Below, piece by piece: positions 18,781 through 26,682 of a DNA stretch of 52,421 bases. This DNA comes from a virus (Duplodnaviria > Caudoviricetes), in the IMG/VR virus record IMGVR_UViG_3300025891_000058, positions 1-52,421 of that record; one strand, given 5' to 3'. The notes under the pieces were generated by a model that worked only from the letters and a program-made list of their open reading frames with translations, had not been told where the DNA came from and ran no database searches. The position numbers and the translations under genes were made by a program. How positions within the stretch are numbered: the first letter of the stretch is position 1; each line of letters begins with the position of its first letter.

Positions 18781-18797
18781 AGTTTTATCGTTTTTGT

Positions 18798-18920
18798 TTA
18801 TTCTGAATCTTCGTCTAAATCTGCCATTTCGGCGTCCATGTCTGCCTGTGACATTGGCTCAGGATCGTCCTGATACATTCCATCTGGACTATCATAGTCG
18901 TATCTTACATACTTACTCAT
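18798..18920 (-). CDS. Very acidic 40-aa peptide upstream of erf
   Basis: Hand translation MSKYVRYDYDSPDGMYQDDPEPMSQADMDAEMADLDEDSE; ATGA overlap with upstream gene. Confidence 0.6.
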   Translation of the reverse strand: MSKYVRYDYDSPDGMYQDDPEPMSQADMDAEMADLDEDSE

Positions 18921-19186
18921 TTTAGCATGCTTAATTTGGTTTCAATTTCCTCGTACGCCTTATTGAATTCCTCTGCGGTGCATTCTACATATTCGCTATT
19001 CATTGCAAGTGAAGACGAGCAAATGCTTAATGATGGAGTTCCGCCAACCGTTACCCACAGACATGCTCTTTCAGAAAATACCTTAGCAAAATGACATCTT
19101 ACATCAGATGTTTTGCGGTAAATTGGAAGTTCAACTTCGACTTCTTCAAATTGCGGTGTAACTTGTTTTTGAATTTTCATTATCAT
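18917..19186 (-). CDS. Hypothetical protein
   Basis: 89-aa ORF, first gene after operator copy 3. Confidence 0.65.
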   Translation of the reverse strand: MIMKIQKQVTPQFEEVEVELPIYRKTSDVRCHFAKVFSERACLWVTVGGTPSLSICSSSLAMNSEYVECTAEEFNKAYEEIETKLSMLK

Positions 19187-19239
19187 ATCGTTTTAAAAGT
19201 TTATGCAATATTACAAAATAGGTTAATAGGTTCGACCAA

Positions 19240-19257
19240 AGCTGTTAAAGAACATGT
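19240..19257. promoter_or_regulatory. Putative phage operator, copy 3 (AGCTGTT-aaag-AACATGT)
   Basis: Shares ACCAAAGCTGTT with copy 1; upstream of the recombination operon. Confidence 0.7.
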
Positions 19258-19268
19258 TTATTCAGTAT

Positions 19269-19463
19269 TTAACGGTATGACCATTCTAATACATTGCCTT
19301 TACCTACGCCAAATTGCAGGTAAACACAATTCGAATATTCAACATAGTAGGCATTACAGATAGTGCCATTTTCCAACTTCACTTTTAATGGTGTAAATTC
19401 TTTAGGCTTAGAATCCTTAAAACGTGTAAACATTATTTGGAATTTAATATTAAAAATGAACAT
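19269..19463 (-). CDS. Hypothetical protein (likely start MFTRFKD)
   Basis: Short ORF with DUF551-like features (KDSKP...VLEWSY). Confidence 0.5.
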   Translation of the reverse strand: MFIFNIKFQIMFTRFKDSKPKEFTPLKVKLENGTICNAYYVEYSNCVYLQFGVGKGNVLEWSYR

Positions 19464-19654
19464 GTATCTTCTATCGAGTAGCCTTTATTATAAAGTTTTT
19501 TGCATAACCTCTCAGAAAGCTTATAATTACTTGCTATGTATTTATTTAGCCTTTTAGCGACTTCTTTTGAGAATTCTCCATAATCAATCACTTTCCCGTC
19601 TTTAATTTGTCCATATGTATGCTTTTTCATTTTAATATCGTTTAAAAGTTTCAA
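19433..19654 (-). CDS. Hypothetical protein (likely start MKKHTY)
   Basis: AAACGAT leader. Confidence 0.55.
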   Translation of the reverse strand: MKLLNDIKMKKHTYGQIKDGKVIDYGEFSKEVAKRLNKYIASNYKLSERLCKKLYNKGYSIEDTCSFLILNSK

Positions 19655-19802
19655 TAGCCTCCCGACAGTCTATTATCGGAAGGCATTAACAAAATAGGGT
19701 GATCTGTTTAGTATTTGGTGGTACCTGAGAAAACCAGATCGAGAGAAACAATAACCAAAAGGCTAACTACACCTTGGGATTATATTTTTAAAAAGGAAGG
19801 TT

Positions 19803-20114
19803 TTATTCGCATTGCATAACAACCTTTTCAGATTCTATTTTTTGTATATTTTCGTAAGCAGAAATTATCTGTTTTTCGGTTAAATAAACCTTTATATACG
19901 TTGTTTGAAATTCACCTTGTATTGCATGAAATAACTCAACACCATCAACTATACATTTATGTTCGCATTCTTCACCGTCTTTTGCATTTGGCACATTTGG
20001 AACATATCTAAAATCTATAAATAAATCAGAGTCTTCTAAATACTTTTTCATATCGTCATTTTTTAAAGCAAAGTGCTTATGTGTTTGCGTTCGTTTAGCA
20101 TCCTGATTTGCCAT
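19803..20114 (-). CDS. Hypothetical protein
   Basis: 103-aa ORF. Confidence 0.6.
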   Translation of the reverse strand: MANQDAKRTQTHKHFALKNDDMKKYLEDSDLFIDFRYVPNVPNAKDGEECEHKCIVDGVELFHAIQGEFQTTYIKVYLTEKQIISAYENIQKIESEKVVMQCE

Positions 20115-20290
20115 ACTGTTCTATTGTGAACGTCTCTTTTATTGTGCCTTATTTTGCGATCATTTACAGCCCAGATAATGGCAAGAAACCCAATCATACA
20201 AAAAATAATTATTCCGAATCCTACGTAAGGATCACCAATTAACTCTTTCATTTTATTTGTTTTTAGATTGCTTAGAATCATCGTAAACAA
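20063..20290 (-). CDS. Small membrane protein (likely start MKELIG)
   Basis: One hydrophobic helix. Confidence 0.55.
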   Translation of the reverse strand: MFTMILSNLKTNKMKELIGDPYVGFGIIIFCMIGFLAIIWAVNDRKIRHNKRDVHNRTVWQIRMLNERKHISTLL

Positions 20291-20438
20291 GAAGTGTTGC
20301 CAAAAATAGGAGTCCTAAAATAAGGCCCGAAACAACCGTTAATGGATGGTTGCCAAATGTGATTACAGAACCAATAAATACGGTTAAGGCAAGTAGACAA
20401 ACAGCGACCGTTAATACGTCAAATTTCCTGTTATTCAT
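20253..20438 (-). CDS. Small two-TM membrane protein
   Basis: Two hydrophobic stretches. Confidence 0.65.
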   Translation of the reverse strand: MNNRKFDVLTVAVCLLALTVFIGSVITFGNHPLTVVSGLILGLLFLATLLVYDDSKQSKNK

Positions 20439-20441
20439 AGT

Positions 20442-20618
20442 CTATCGTTTTAAAGAGTTTAACATTATTTCTTTCATCTTATACATACCACCGTTTAGGA
20501 TGATGATTTTAGGGTATTCGTACATGGTGAATTTGATTTTCTTTTCACCTTTTGGAAGTGGTTTGCGTCCTGCTTTTTCGGATGATGTTCCGTCGAGTTT
20601 AATTTTTGAATAGCTCAT
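20442..20618 (-). CDS. Small basic putative DNA-binding protein (58 aa)
   Basis: Hand translation includes AGRKPLPKGEKK (AT-hook-like). Confidence 0.55.
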   Translation of the reverse strand: MSYSKIKLDGTSSEKAGRKPLPKGEKKIKFTMYEYPKIIILNGGMYKMKEIMLNSLKR

Positions 20619-20629
20619 TTTAGTTGATT

Positions 20630-20878
20630 TTATAATATATCGTATTCAGTGTAACTTTTAAGATAGTCCGAATTTTCAAACCACGCGAATAAATCTTTTT
20701 CGTTTATGACATAGTTGCCTTTATAGTCATTTATTGCACCCGTATTACGTAAAAATACTTTAGCCATTAAATTCCCTTTAGATTCAACTGATTGTTTCGC
20801 CCTTTTTCGTTTCGGAGTTGGCATGGATTTGCATACTGGACACCATTTTTTAACTCCTCCGTGATTACATTGTTCCAT
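20630..20878 (-). CDS. Hypothetical protein with N-terminal CxH...CxxC
   Basis: CNHGG...CPVC. Confidence 0.6.
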   Translation of the reverse strand: MEQCNHGGVKKWCPVCKSMPTPKRKRAKQSVESKGNLMAKVFLRNTGAINDYKGNYVINEKDLFAWFENSDYLKSYTEYDIL

Positions 20879-21221
20879 TTTGCTTATTTCTAAAATGTTT
20901 CTTAAATCGGATATATTGAGCGATAGACTGTTGATTGTGCTTTATTTCCCTTAATAGTCCATCAAAATCAAAACTGCCCTTTTGTTTGAAATTTAATGAC
21001 CCATTCAAATATCCATTAAAATAAAACAGCAAACATTCTTCGGTTGTCAATGTGATTTTAACTGTATTGGCTTCAATTCCTTTGATAACTTGATTTAATT
21101 TTGCAGAATCCGTAATTTGAGTAAAGGCGCTATCAGCTTTTACAAACTCTTCTTCAAATCGGTTTTGAGAAAAACAGTTTACCGATAATAAAACTGCTAA
21201 AAATAATAGTAAATGTTTCAT
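20865..21221 (-). CDS. Secreted protein with Sec signal peptide
   Basis: MKHLLLFLAVLLSVNCFS-Q, Bacteroidota-type cleavage before Gln. Confidence 0.7.
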   Translation of the reverse strand: MKHLLLFLAVLLSVNCFSQNRFEEEFVKADSAFTQITDSAKLNQVIKGIEANTVKITLTTEECLLFYFNGYLNGSLNFKQKGSFDFDGLLREIKHNQQSIAQYIRFKKHFRNKQNGTM

Positions 21222-21238
21222 CTTGTTTGTTTTATGAT

Positions 21239-21487
21239 TTAATTTTTATTAATCTTCTTTATTCCTATAAAACTAATCCATTCATTAAAACTCTTTTTTC
21301 CAAATAGTGGTGTATATCCATGAATCTTACAGGCCTCTTTAATAACTGATATATTCTCAACTCTTATTGGAAATCCATTATTCATAATAACATCATCCCC
21401 ACGCTCAATTTTTTCGAGTATCCTACCAAATTCCACACCATAAGTGAAAGACTGGCTTTGATCTGTAAATTTAATTAGTATATTCAT
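21239..21487 (-). CDS. Hypothetical protein preceded by a CCTATACGG repeat
   Basis: 82-aa ORF. Confidence 0.65.
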   Translation of the reverse strand: MNILIKFTDQSQSFTYGVEFGRILEKIERGDDVIMNNGFPIRVENISVIKEACKIHGYTPLFGKKSFNEWISFIGIKKINKN

Positions 21488-21496
21488 CTTCTGATA

Positions 21497-21530
21497 TTTT
21501 TCTCCCCCGTATAGGAGAGAGGTTAAATTA
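21497..21530 (-). repeat. CCTATACGG-core repeat, copy 3
   Basis: Core at 21507-21515; flanks resemble 45941-45969. Confidence 0.85.
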
Positions 21531-21538
21531 AATGTGTT

Positions 21539-21832
21539 TTAAATCTCTTGAAATTTACTTGTGCTTATTTCAATGTCTTCACTTGGATAATGAGCCTCGC
21601 CAATTTTATGAAGCAAACCGATCATTTTTTTTGCAAGTCTCTCTCCTTCTAGTGTATATATAAACGAAATTTCATCTTCATAAGTCAAATCGTCCTCCTC
21701 GACATCTCTGATTAATCCGGCATCTTTTGTGAATGTGTCCAAATAACTTTCAAGTATCTCGATACAATACTCCTCAAAATCCCCAACATCTTCAATTTTC
21801 TTTTTTGTGTTAAATTCTTTCATCTCATTCAT
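21539..21832 (-). CDS. Acidic early protein
   Basis: D/E-rich; start moved to MNEMKEF because the upstream part of the ORF overlaps the -7 box at 21855-21862. Confidence 0.65.
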   Translation of the reverse strand: MNEMKEFNTKKKIEDVGDFEEYCIEILESYLDTFTKDAGLIRDVEEDDLTYEDEISFIYTLEGERLAKKMIGLLHKIGEAHYPSEDIEISTSKFQEI

Positions 21833-21854
21833 TTTTAAGCGTAATTCAATACGA

Positions 21855-21933
21855 CAAATATAACACATTCATTAACGTATACCTAATACTTTCACATTTA
21901 TTTTCACTTTCTACCACATGTTATAAAACATGT
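21855..21933 (-). promoter_or_regulatory. Putative early promoter (TATATTTG) with operator copy 4 (ACATGTT-ataa-AACATGT, 21916-21933)
   Basis: Consensus -7 box; perfect dyad. Confidence 0.7.
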
Positions 21934-21958
21934 TTTTGTAAGTGATTGATATAAAAGC

Positions 21959-21990
21959 AAAAACCCGTAAGACTGGGAATCCTACGGGTC
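21959..21990 (-). terminator. Intrinsic terminator after the lysis module
   Basis: ACCCGTAGGA...TCTTACGGGT followed by TTTT. Confidence 0.75.
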
Positions 21991-22058
21991 TGAATTACTA
22001 AACCTAAACTAACTTAAAAACGATAATCCAAAATTAATATTTTATTTGATACTTCAAA

Positions 22059-22715
22059 CTACTTTGTGATAAAATAACCGCCCACTAATCCGGCAACCCC
22101 CCACACATACCACTTCTGATACCATGCAGTATTGTTGATCACATTGATTTGATAACCCGATGTTATTTTGGCGTTAGGATCATCTGTATAAATAGTAATC
22201 TTTGTTTCTTTTCCTTTTGTTTCGGTTATTGAATTTAATTTGACTTTGTACGAATAATTCAGATCAACTTTTTTCTCTTTAATTAGTCCGGCCAATGTCA
22301 GATAAGTATTTGTCCATTGGAAGTCTTTGGCTGGCATTTTTACGCCTGTCGAATCAATGTAAACAGTATCATGTAATATTGTGTTACCGTGTCCAGATGC
22401 CTCTAATTCGGCCTGTAATGTAGCGGTAATGTTTCGCCATTTAATGTCTTTTTGTCTTAATTCTTTAATCGTTAATCCGGTCAATTCAAGTGACTTTTTT
22501 AATACATTAGATTCAATCACAACTGAATTTAATTGAGAATAAACTTGCCCGGATTTCGTTTTGTAAACCTTAGCGCTGTCATTTGCGATCAATAATTCGA
22601 CTGACTGCAAATCGATTGTTTTATCCTTGCCTTTGATTTTGAAGTACTGGACAATGATAATAATTAACATTCCCGTGAATAGCGCGTAAATGGCGTATTT
22701 TAGATATTTGTTCAT
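22059..22715 (-). CDS. Putative spanin-like lysis protein (DUF6549-like)
   Basis: N-terminal TM, coiled coil, C-terminal WYQKWYVWGVAGLVGGY; downstream of endolysin. Confidence 0.6.
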   Translation of the reverse strand: MNKYLKYAIYALFTGMLIIIIVQYFKIKGKDKTIDLQSVELLIANDSAKVYKTKSGQVYSQLNSVVIESNVLKKSLELTGLTIKELRQKDIKWRNITATLQAELEASGHGNTILHDTVYIDSTGVKMPAKDFQWTNTYLTLAGLIKEKKVDLNYSYKVKLNSITETKGKETKITIYTDDPNAKITSGYQINVINNTAWYQKWYVWGVAGLVGGYFITK

Positions 22716-22894
22716 GATGTTGTATTTGTTGTTTTATAACCTGAATCTTCTTTTACTAAAATAATCTTGTCGGCTGTTGGAATTTCAATTCCTTTTTTAT
22801 GACATTCTCCGCGTATTAACATCCACGCCATCATGCTACTTGACGCAACTGCGTACATATTATGAATAGTATCCCTATATGTATTTTGTTTCAT
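22712..22894 (-). CDS. Hypothetical protein
   Basis: 60-aa ORF with ATGA overlaps on both sides. Confidence 0.55.
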   Translation of the reverse strand: MKQNTYRDTIHNMYAVASSSMMAWMLIRGECHKKGIEIPTADKIILVKEDSGYKTTNTTS

Positions 22895-23268
22895 GGCGCT
22901 GTTGTTTTAGTATCTGTTTTTATTGTCGTTTCTGTTGTAATTGAGCTATCTTTTATTCCGGTTTTCATTTCGGCAAACTTTTGTATTGCTTTCGGGACTA
23001 CCGTAGCGATTACTAAAATTGTGAATATATCCCAATCAATTATTTTGAGTTGAGAAATAAGCATGTTATATGACTGCTCTGTAATGCTTTTTTGCGTTAA
23101 TAGCTTTGTGAATTCCTGAAAATGTGATTCGTAATAAGTGAACGAAAAGAAAGTATAAGCGCAAAGTAACATGAAAAACAAAGTCTCTAAAAGTCTCATG
23201 AATGAATCTGTTACCGACCCATCAACTTGTAATTCCTGCCAAAATCCTGCTTTAACTGTTTTCGTCAT
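22891..23268 (-). CDS. Putative holin (two TM)
   Basis: S.MRL...TM1...TM2 PKAIQKFAE; adjacent to endolysin. Confidence 0.6.
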   Translation of the reverse strand: MTKTVKAGFWQELQVDGSVTDSFMRLLETLFFMLLCAYTFFSFTYYESHFQEFTKLLTQKSITEQSYNMLISQLKIIDWDIFTILVIATVVPKAIQKFAEMKTGIKDSSITTETTIKTDTKTTAP

Positions 23269-23310
23269 CTTCGATTCTTAATTTTTCAATCAGTTCCCTT
23301 ATTTCGTCGC

Positions 23311-23850
23311 TCATACCTTAAATTTAAAGTCTGCCAATCGATTAAGCCAGCCTTTTATGAATTTACTTTGCGAAGGATTATTTTTGACAATATTCCAATA
23401 GAATTGTTCACGTGCATTTTTGACATCCTGAAATAATCCCTTTTGATTTGATGAATTGACAGCGTTAAGCGTTTTCGGGCCCACTATCCCATCTTCGACT
23501 AATCCCAGAATTCGTTGCGGTATTTTAATGCCCCAAATGCCACTATTCAGTAACCAGTCAACAATAATACTTGCAATCGATTGATTGTTTATTTTATCTG
23601 CCTGCCATCTATCCCAGAAGTTTTCTTTGTAAAATTCAATCACCAAGTCATTCAGATCGATATTCGATTTTAAATTAGCTGGGAAATTAGATTGAGTCTT
23701 TGCTAAATCAATTATATCCCACCCAGACCAATTCGGCCAAAACTTACGGGATATTCCGCGAAAAGTTTCCAATCCCCTATCGATAGGATCGTTAACCCAT
23801 CCTCCCTCATGTATCATCATTAAATCAAAAGCCTCTTTAAATTCTGCCAT
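23311..23850 (-). CDS. Endolysin, glycoside hydrolase family 108 with peptidoglycan-binding domain
   Basis: HEGGWVNDPIDRGLETFRGI, DGIVGPKTL, FIKGWLNR. Confidence 0.93.
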   Translation of the reverse strand: MAEFKEAFDLMMIHEGGWVNDPIDRGLETFRGISRKFWPNWSGWDIIDLAKTQSNFPANLKSNIDLNDLVIEFYKENFWDRWQADKINNQSIASIIVDWLLNSGIWGIKIPQRILGLVEDGIVGPKTLNAVNSSNQKGLFQDVKNAREQFYWNIVKNNPSQSKFIKGWLNRLADFKFKV

Positions 23851-23858
23851 TTTTGTTT

Positions 23859-24170
23859 TTATTGTTCCGAATTAAATATTTTGCTACCTTTTGATGTAAG
23901 TTTAAATGAATGCAGGTTTTGATCATCTGCGTAACTGCATCCGCCTAAATTATCAATTTGATTAGATGGATAGCCATACTCCATACAGTCCAATTCAAAA
24001 TCTGCATCTACATCAAAATCAGAAATCATACTTTTATCAAATGCAGTTATTGACCCATATAGATTCACAAACCCAATATTTATTTTATTACATTTATCAG
24101 CAGCTCTTTTTAGTGCGTTAAATGCTTTTTGTTGTTCCTTATTTAAATCGTAAACCTCTGTAAAATTCAT
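23859..24170 (-). CDS. Hypothetical protein with its own -7 box (24191-24198)
   Basis: 103-aa ORF inserted in the lysis module. Confidence 0.65.
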   Translation of the reverse strand: MNFTEVYDLNKEQQKAFNALKRAADKCNKINIGFVNLYGSITAFDKSMISDFDVDADFELDCMEYGYPSNQIDNLGGCSYADDQNLHSFKLTSKGSKIFNSEQ

Positions 24171-24204
24171 CGTTTTTGTTTTTAGTTTGTCAAATATAGT
24201 AATA

Positions 24205-24387
24205 TTATTCAGTTTTTACTTCAGGTTTAAATGTTGTAGTTTTCAAATAGTCACTAATAGCCTCGATACATTCCGGCGTTAAGTGCATCCAGGTTGTCGA
24301 AAATCCGCAACCATCGCGAAACTTAACGGACGGTAGCGGATTACATGAGTGGTTGATCTTGAGTAATTGGACTGAGTAATAATCCAT
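24205..24387 (-). CDS. Hypothetical protein
   Basis: 60-aa ORF. Confidence 0.5.
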   Translation of the reverse strand: MDYYSVQLLKINHSCNPLPSVKFRDGCGFSTTWMHLTPECIEAISDYLKTTTFKPEVKTE

Positions 24388-24391
24388 TGTT

Positions 24392-24823
24392 TTAGTTTTT
24401 AAGTATGCTTTTAACCTCCTTGTCGTCTTTTATCGCCTGAATTGAATCTTGTTCTTGTATATATTCGGTATTGTCAAACACTTTTGTCTTTAGTCTCTGA
24501 ATCGCCTCCGTCCATGTTATGATCCCAACTATCCCCACCGCAACTAGAGCAGTCACAAAAACCTTCCAGTATTTTTTTATAATCATCAATTCCCCGACGT
24601 TTTTTTTTAACTCTGTCACATCGTTAGTGTTCTGACAGTTATCGCATTGGCTGGCTATTTGTGCCTTCATTATATCGATCGTAGTCCAAATATCATCAAC
24701 TTTTTCTTCAATTCGATCCTGTTGTTTTGTAAACATTCCGAATTTATCGTCAATCCCTTTCAGTAATTTGTCCAGGTAGTAACGAAAATCAGCTTCGCTC
24801 ATTTCTTCAAATTTATCATTCAT
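24392..24823 (-). CDS. Coiled-coil single-TM protein, holin/antiholin-like
   Basis: Coiled coil then KYWKVFVTALVAVGIVGIITW. Confidence 0.55.
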   Translation of the reverse strand: MNDKFEEMSEADFRYYLDKLLKGIDDKFGMFTKQQDRIEEKVDDIWTTIDIMKAQIASQCDNCQNTNDVTELKKNVGELMIIKKYWKVFVTALVAVGIVGIITWTEAIQRLKTKVFDNTEYIQEQDSIQAIKDDKEVKSILKN

Positions 24824-24891
24824 AACTCATGTTAATTCTTGCACAAACAAAACTAAGCTAAAATTTAACGAAAAGCAATTAAAAACATGAT

Positions 24892-25260
24892 TTATTTTTT
24901 AATTCGAAAACATCCGTATCGAAAATAAAGGAACGATGAAATAAATAAAAACAAAATAGTTATAAATAAGATTACCCTACAATACCAGATATATGATTCA
25001 AATAGGTTGAAGTCTATTTTAAGATTAGTGACCAATGAAACTAACGCAATGTTAATAATGAATGCTTTGTGCCAATAACAAAACCGATATCTATTTGATG
25101 TCTCCCACATGTAAAAAGGAAGGATAAAAAGCGCACAACCAAACTTACCGGATAAATGTTTCACATATTCATAGTGACCATTCAGAGCAAAAACAAACGC
25201 CAATCCCATCATTAAAGTAACGAGAATTGGCGCCCATTTTATGAAAGTTACCCACCTCAT
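24892..25260 (-). CDS. Four-TM membrane protein
   Basis: Four hydrophobic segments; translationally coupled to an upstream Pro-rich peptide. Confidence 0.7.
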   Translation of the reverse strand: MRWVTFIKWAPILVTLMMGLAFVFALNGHYEYVKHLSGKFGCALFILPFYMWETSNRYRFCYWHKAFIINIALVSLVTNLKIDFNLFESYIWYCRVILFITILFLFISSFLYFRYGCFRIKK

Positions 25261-25355
25261 GGAATAATCGGAGGCTCACCAGTTGGAGGATCTGGACTTG
25301 TCGGCCCTGGCCCTGGCTTTGGTAATTCTTTAAATAAACGATTTGTGTTTTTCAT
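25257..25355 (-). CDS. Proline-rich 32-aa peptide
   Basis: Hand translation MKNTNRLFKELPKPGPGPTSPDPPTGEPPIIP; ATGA overlap with the 4-TM gene. Confidence 0.6.
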   Translation of the reverse strand: MKNTNRLFKELPKPGPGPTSPDPPTGEPPIIP

Positions 25356-25411
25356 GTTGATTGTTTTAAAGTGAAAATTATTGTTGTTTCGGATTGTTCC
25401 TATATGTGAAC

Positions 25412-25651
25412 CTAAATCAATCCTTCGTTTTTCTGAAAATCAGGATACAAAAGTTTGATTTCTTCAATTGTTTTGCGAGGATTAGAATCGGGAATTAACC
25501 CTTCAATCTCTTGTAGGTCTACATCAGTTAAAACATTTTCAGGAATGAGAAATTTACCATCTCCAAGCGGTTGTGGATCAATCGCGCTGTACTCTCCATG
25601 TTGTCCCCTGATCCTGTTTGCTGTTGTAGTGCTTATAATTATATGCTTCAT
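25412..25651 (-). CDS. Hypothetical protein, possible fibre assembly partner
   Basis: 79-aa ORF coupled to 25648-26472. Confidence 0.6.
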   Translation of the reverse strand: MKHIIISTTTANRIRGQHGEYSAIDPQPLGDGKFLIPENVLTDVDLQEIEGLIPDSNPRKTIEEIKLLYPDFQKNEGLI

Positions 25652-26472
25652 GCTATTACTCCTTTCCCGTTAGAATCCATGTAAGATTCAATTGCGTCAG
25701 TTGTAGCGTCAGATTGAGCCTTTGTCATCCCTTTTCCTGCAAACGCAATAGAAATTTGCCGGTTATTAAATAATGTTGGCGTTCCGCTTGTAGATCGGCA
25801 AAGAATAAACCATGTCAGATTAACAACCGCAGCTGAAGTAATTAACGACTCATTAAGTGCTATTTTATTACGATAATCAATATACTTACTACTTTCCAGT
25901 CGACTTACGATATGAGTACCCAACGACGAAGATACAGCAGTAGTGCCTCCTGGTCCCGTCTGACATCGAGATTGATTTGAGCCTGAGGAATTCATCCCAA
26001 TTGTTGCACCTGTAACCCCATCACTCACCCCTATATCGTTCGATGGTATAGGGGAGTCTGTGCGCGAATAAACCCCAAAAGAGCAATGATTCTGTTTGTA
26101 ATTACTGCCAATCGAGGCATTGTAGTTGCTATTTATATAACTACTTACCCCATTTCCAATGAATCCCTCCAAGGCGGTAAAGGCAGGTGAATTAACGGCA
26201 GTTGCATCCTGCGATCTTTTGGCAAGGTTCCTAAGTGAACTTTCAGATGTTTCATTAGCCAACACATAAAAGGTATCAAAAAAATCAGATAAATTAGTAA
26301 TGCCCAATCCTGTTTTGAGATCTTTAACCAACTTATCTATTTTCTTTTTCTGTGAAGTCGAAATTGGCGTTACCAGTCCCGAAACATACGCTTTCGTTTC
26401 AGGTTGATAGTTCAACAATGGCCCTACGCGACCCACTCCCTTTATCCCCGGTATTCCTAAAATTCCTGGCAT
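25648..26472 (-). CDS. Putative virion fibre / lectin-like (concanavalin-like) protein
   Basis: S/T/G-rich beta character, FIGNGVSSYINSNY...SFGVYSRT; end of tail module. Confidence 0.55.
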   Translation of the reverse strand: MPGILGIPGIKGVGRVGPLLNYQPETKAYVSGLVTPISTSQKKKIDKLVKDLKTGLGITNLSDFFDTFYVLANETSESSLRNLAKRSQDATAVNSPAFTALEGFIGNGVSSYINSNYNASIGSNYKQNHCSFGVYSRTDSPIPSNDIGVSDGVTGATIGMNSSGSNQSRCQTGPGGTTAVSSSLGTHIVSRLESSKYIDYRNKIALNESLITSAAVVNLTWFILCRSTSGTPTLFNNRQISIAFAGKGMTKAQSDATTDAIESYMDSNGKGVIA

Positions 26473-26511
26473 GTTATGTAGGTTTTAATTTGACGTTTCA
26501 TGTTTTTATTT

Positions 26512-26543
26512 CAAAGTTAATAAATATAAATTACTTGCGCAAA
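26512..26543 (-). promoter_or_regulatory. Consensus Bacteroidota sigma-A promoter
   Basis: TTTG (26540-26543), 20-nt spacer, TAACTTTG (26512-26519). Confidence 0.75.
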
Positions 26544-26579
26544 CTTGGATTATAATTATAATCCAAGTTTGCGCAAGTA
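26532..26579. repeat. Perfect 48-bp palindrome without a loop
   Basis: TACTTGCGCAAACTTGGATTATAA/TTATAATCCAAGTTTGCGCAAGTA; all 24 pairs checked. Confidence 0.95.
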
Positions 26580-26682
26580 TATCAATGCCTTTTTCATTAT
26601 TTTCAATTCAAATTTATCTTGTGCTGACGCCATCATTTTGAGCATTTCAATTATTTTTTGCATAATTTAGTTTTTATAATTA

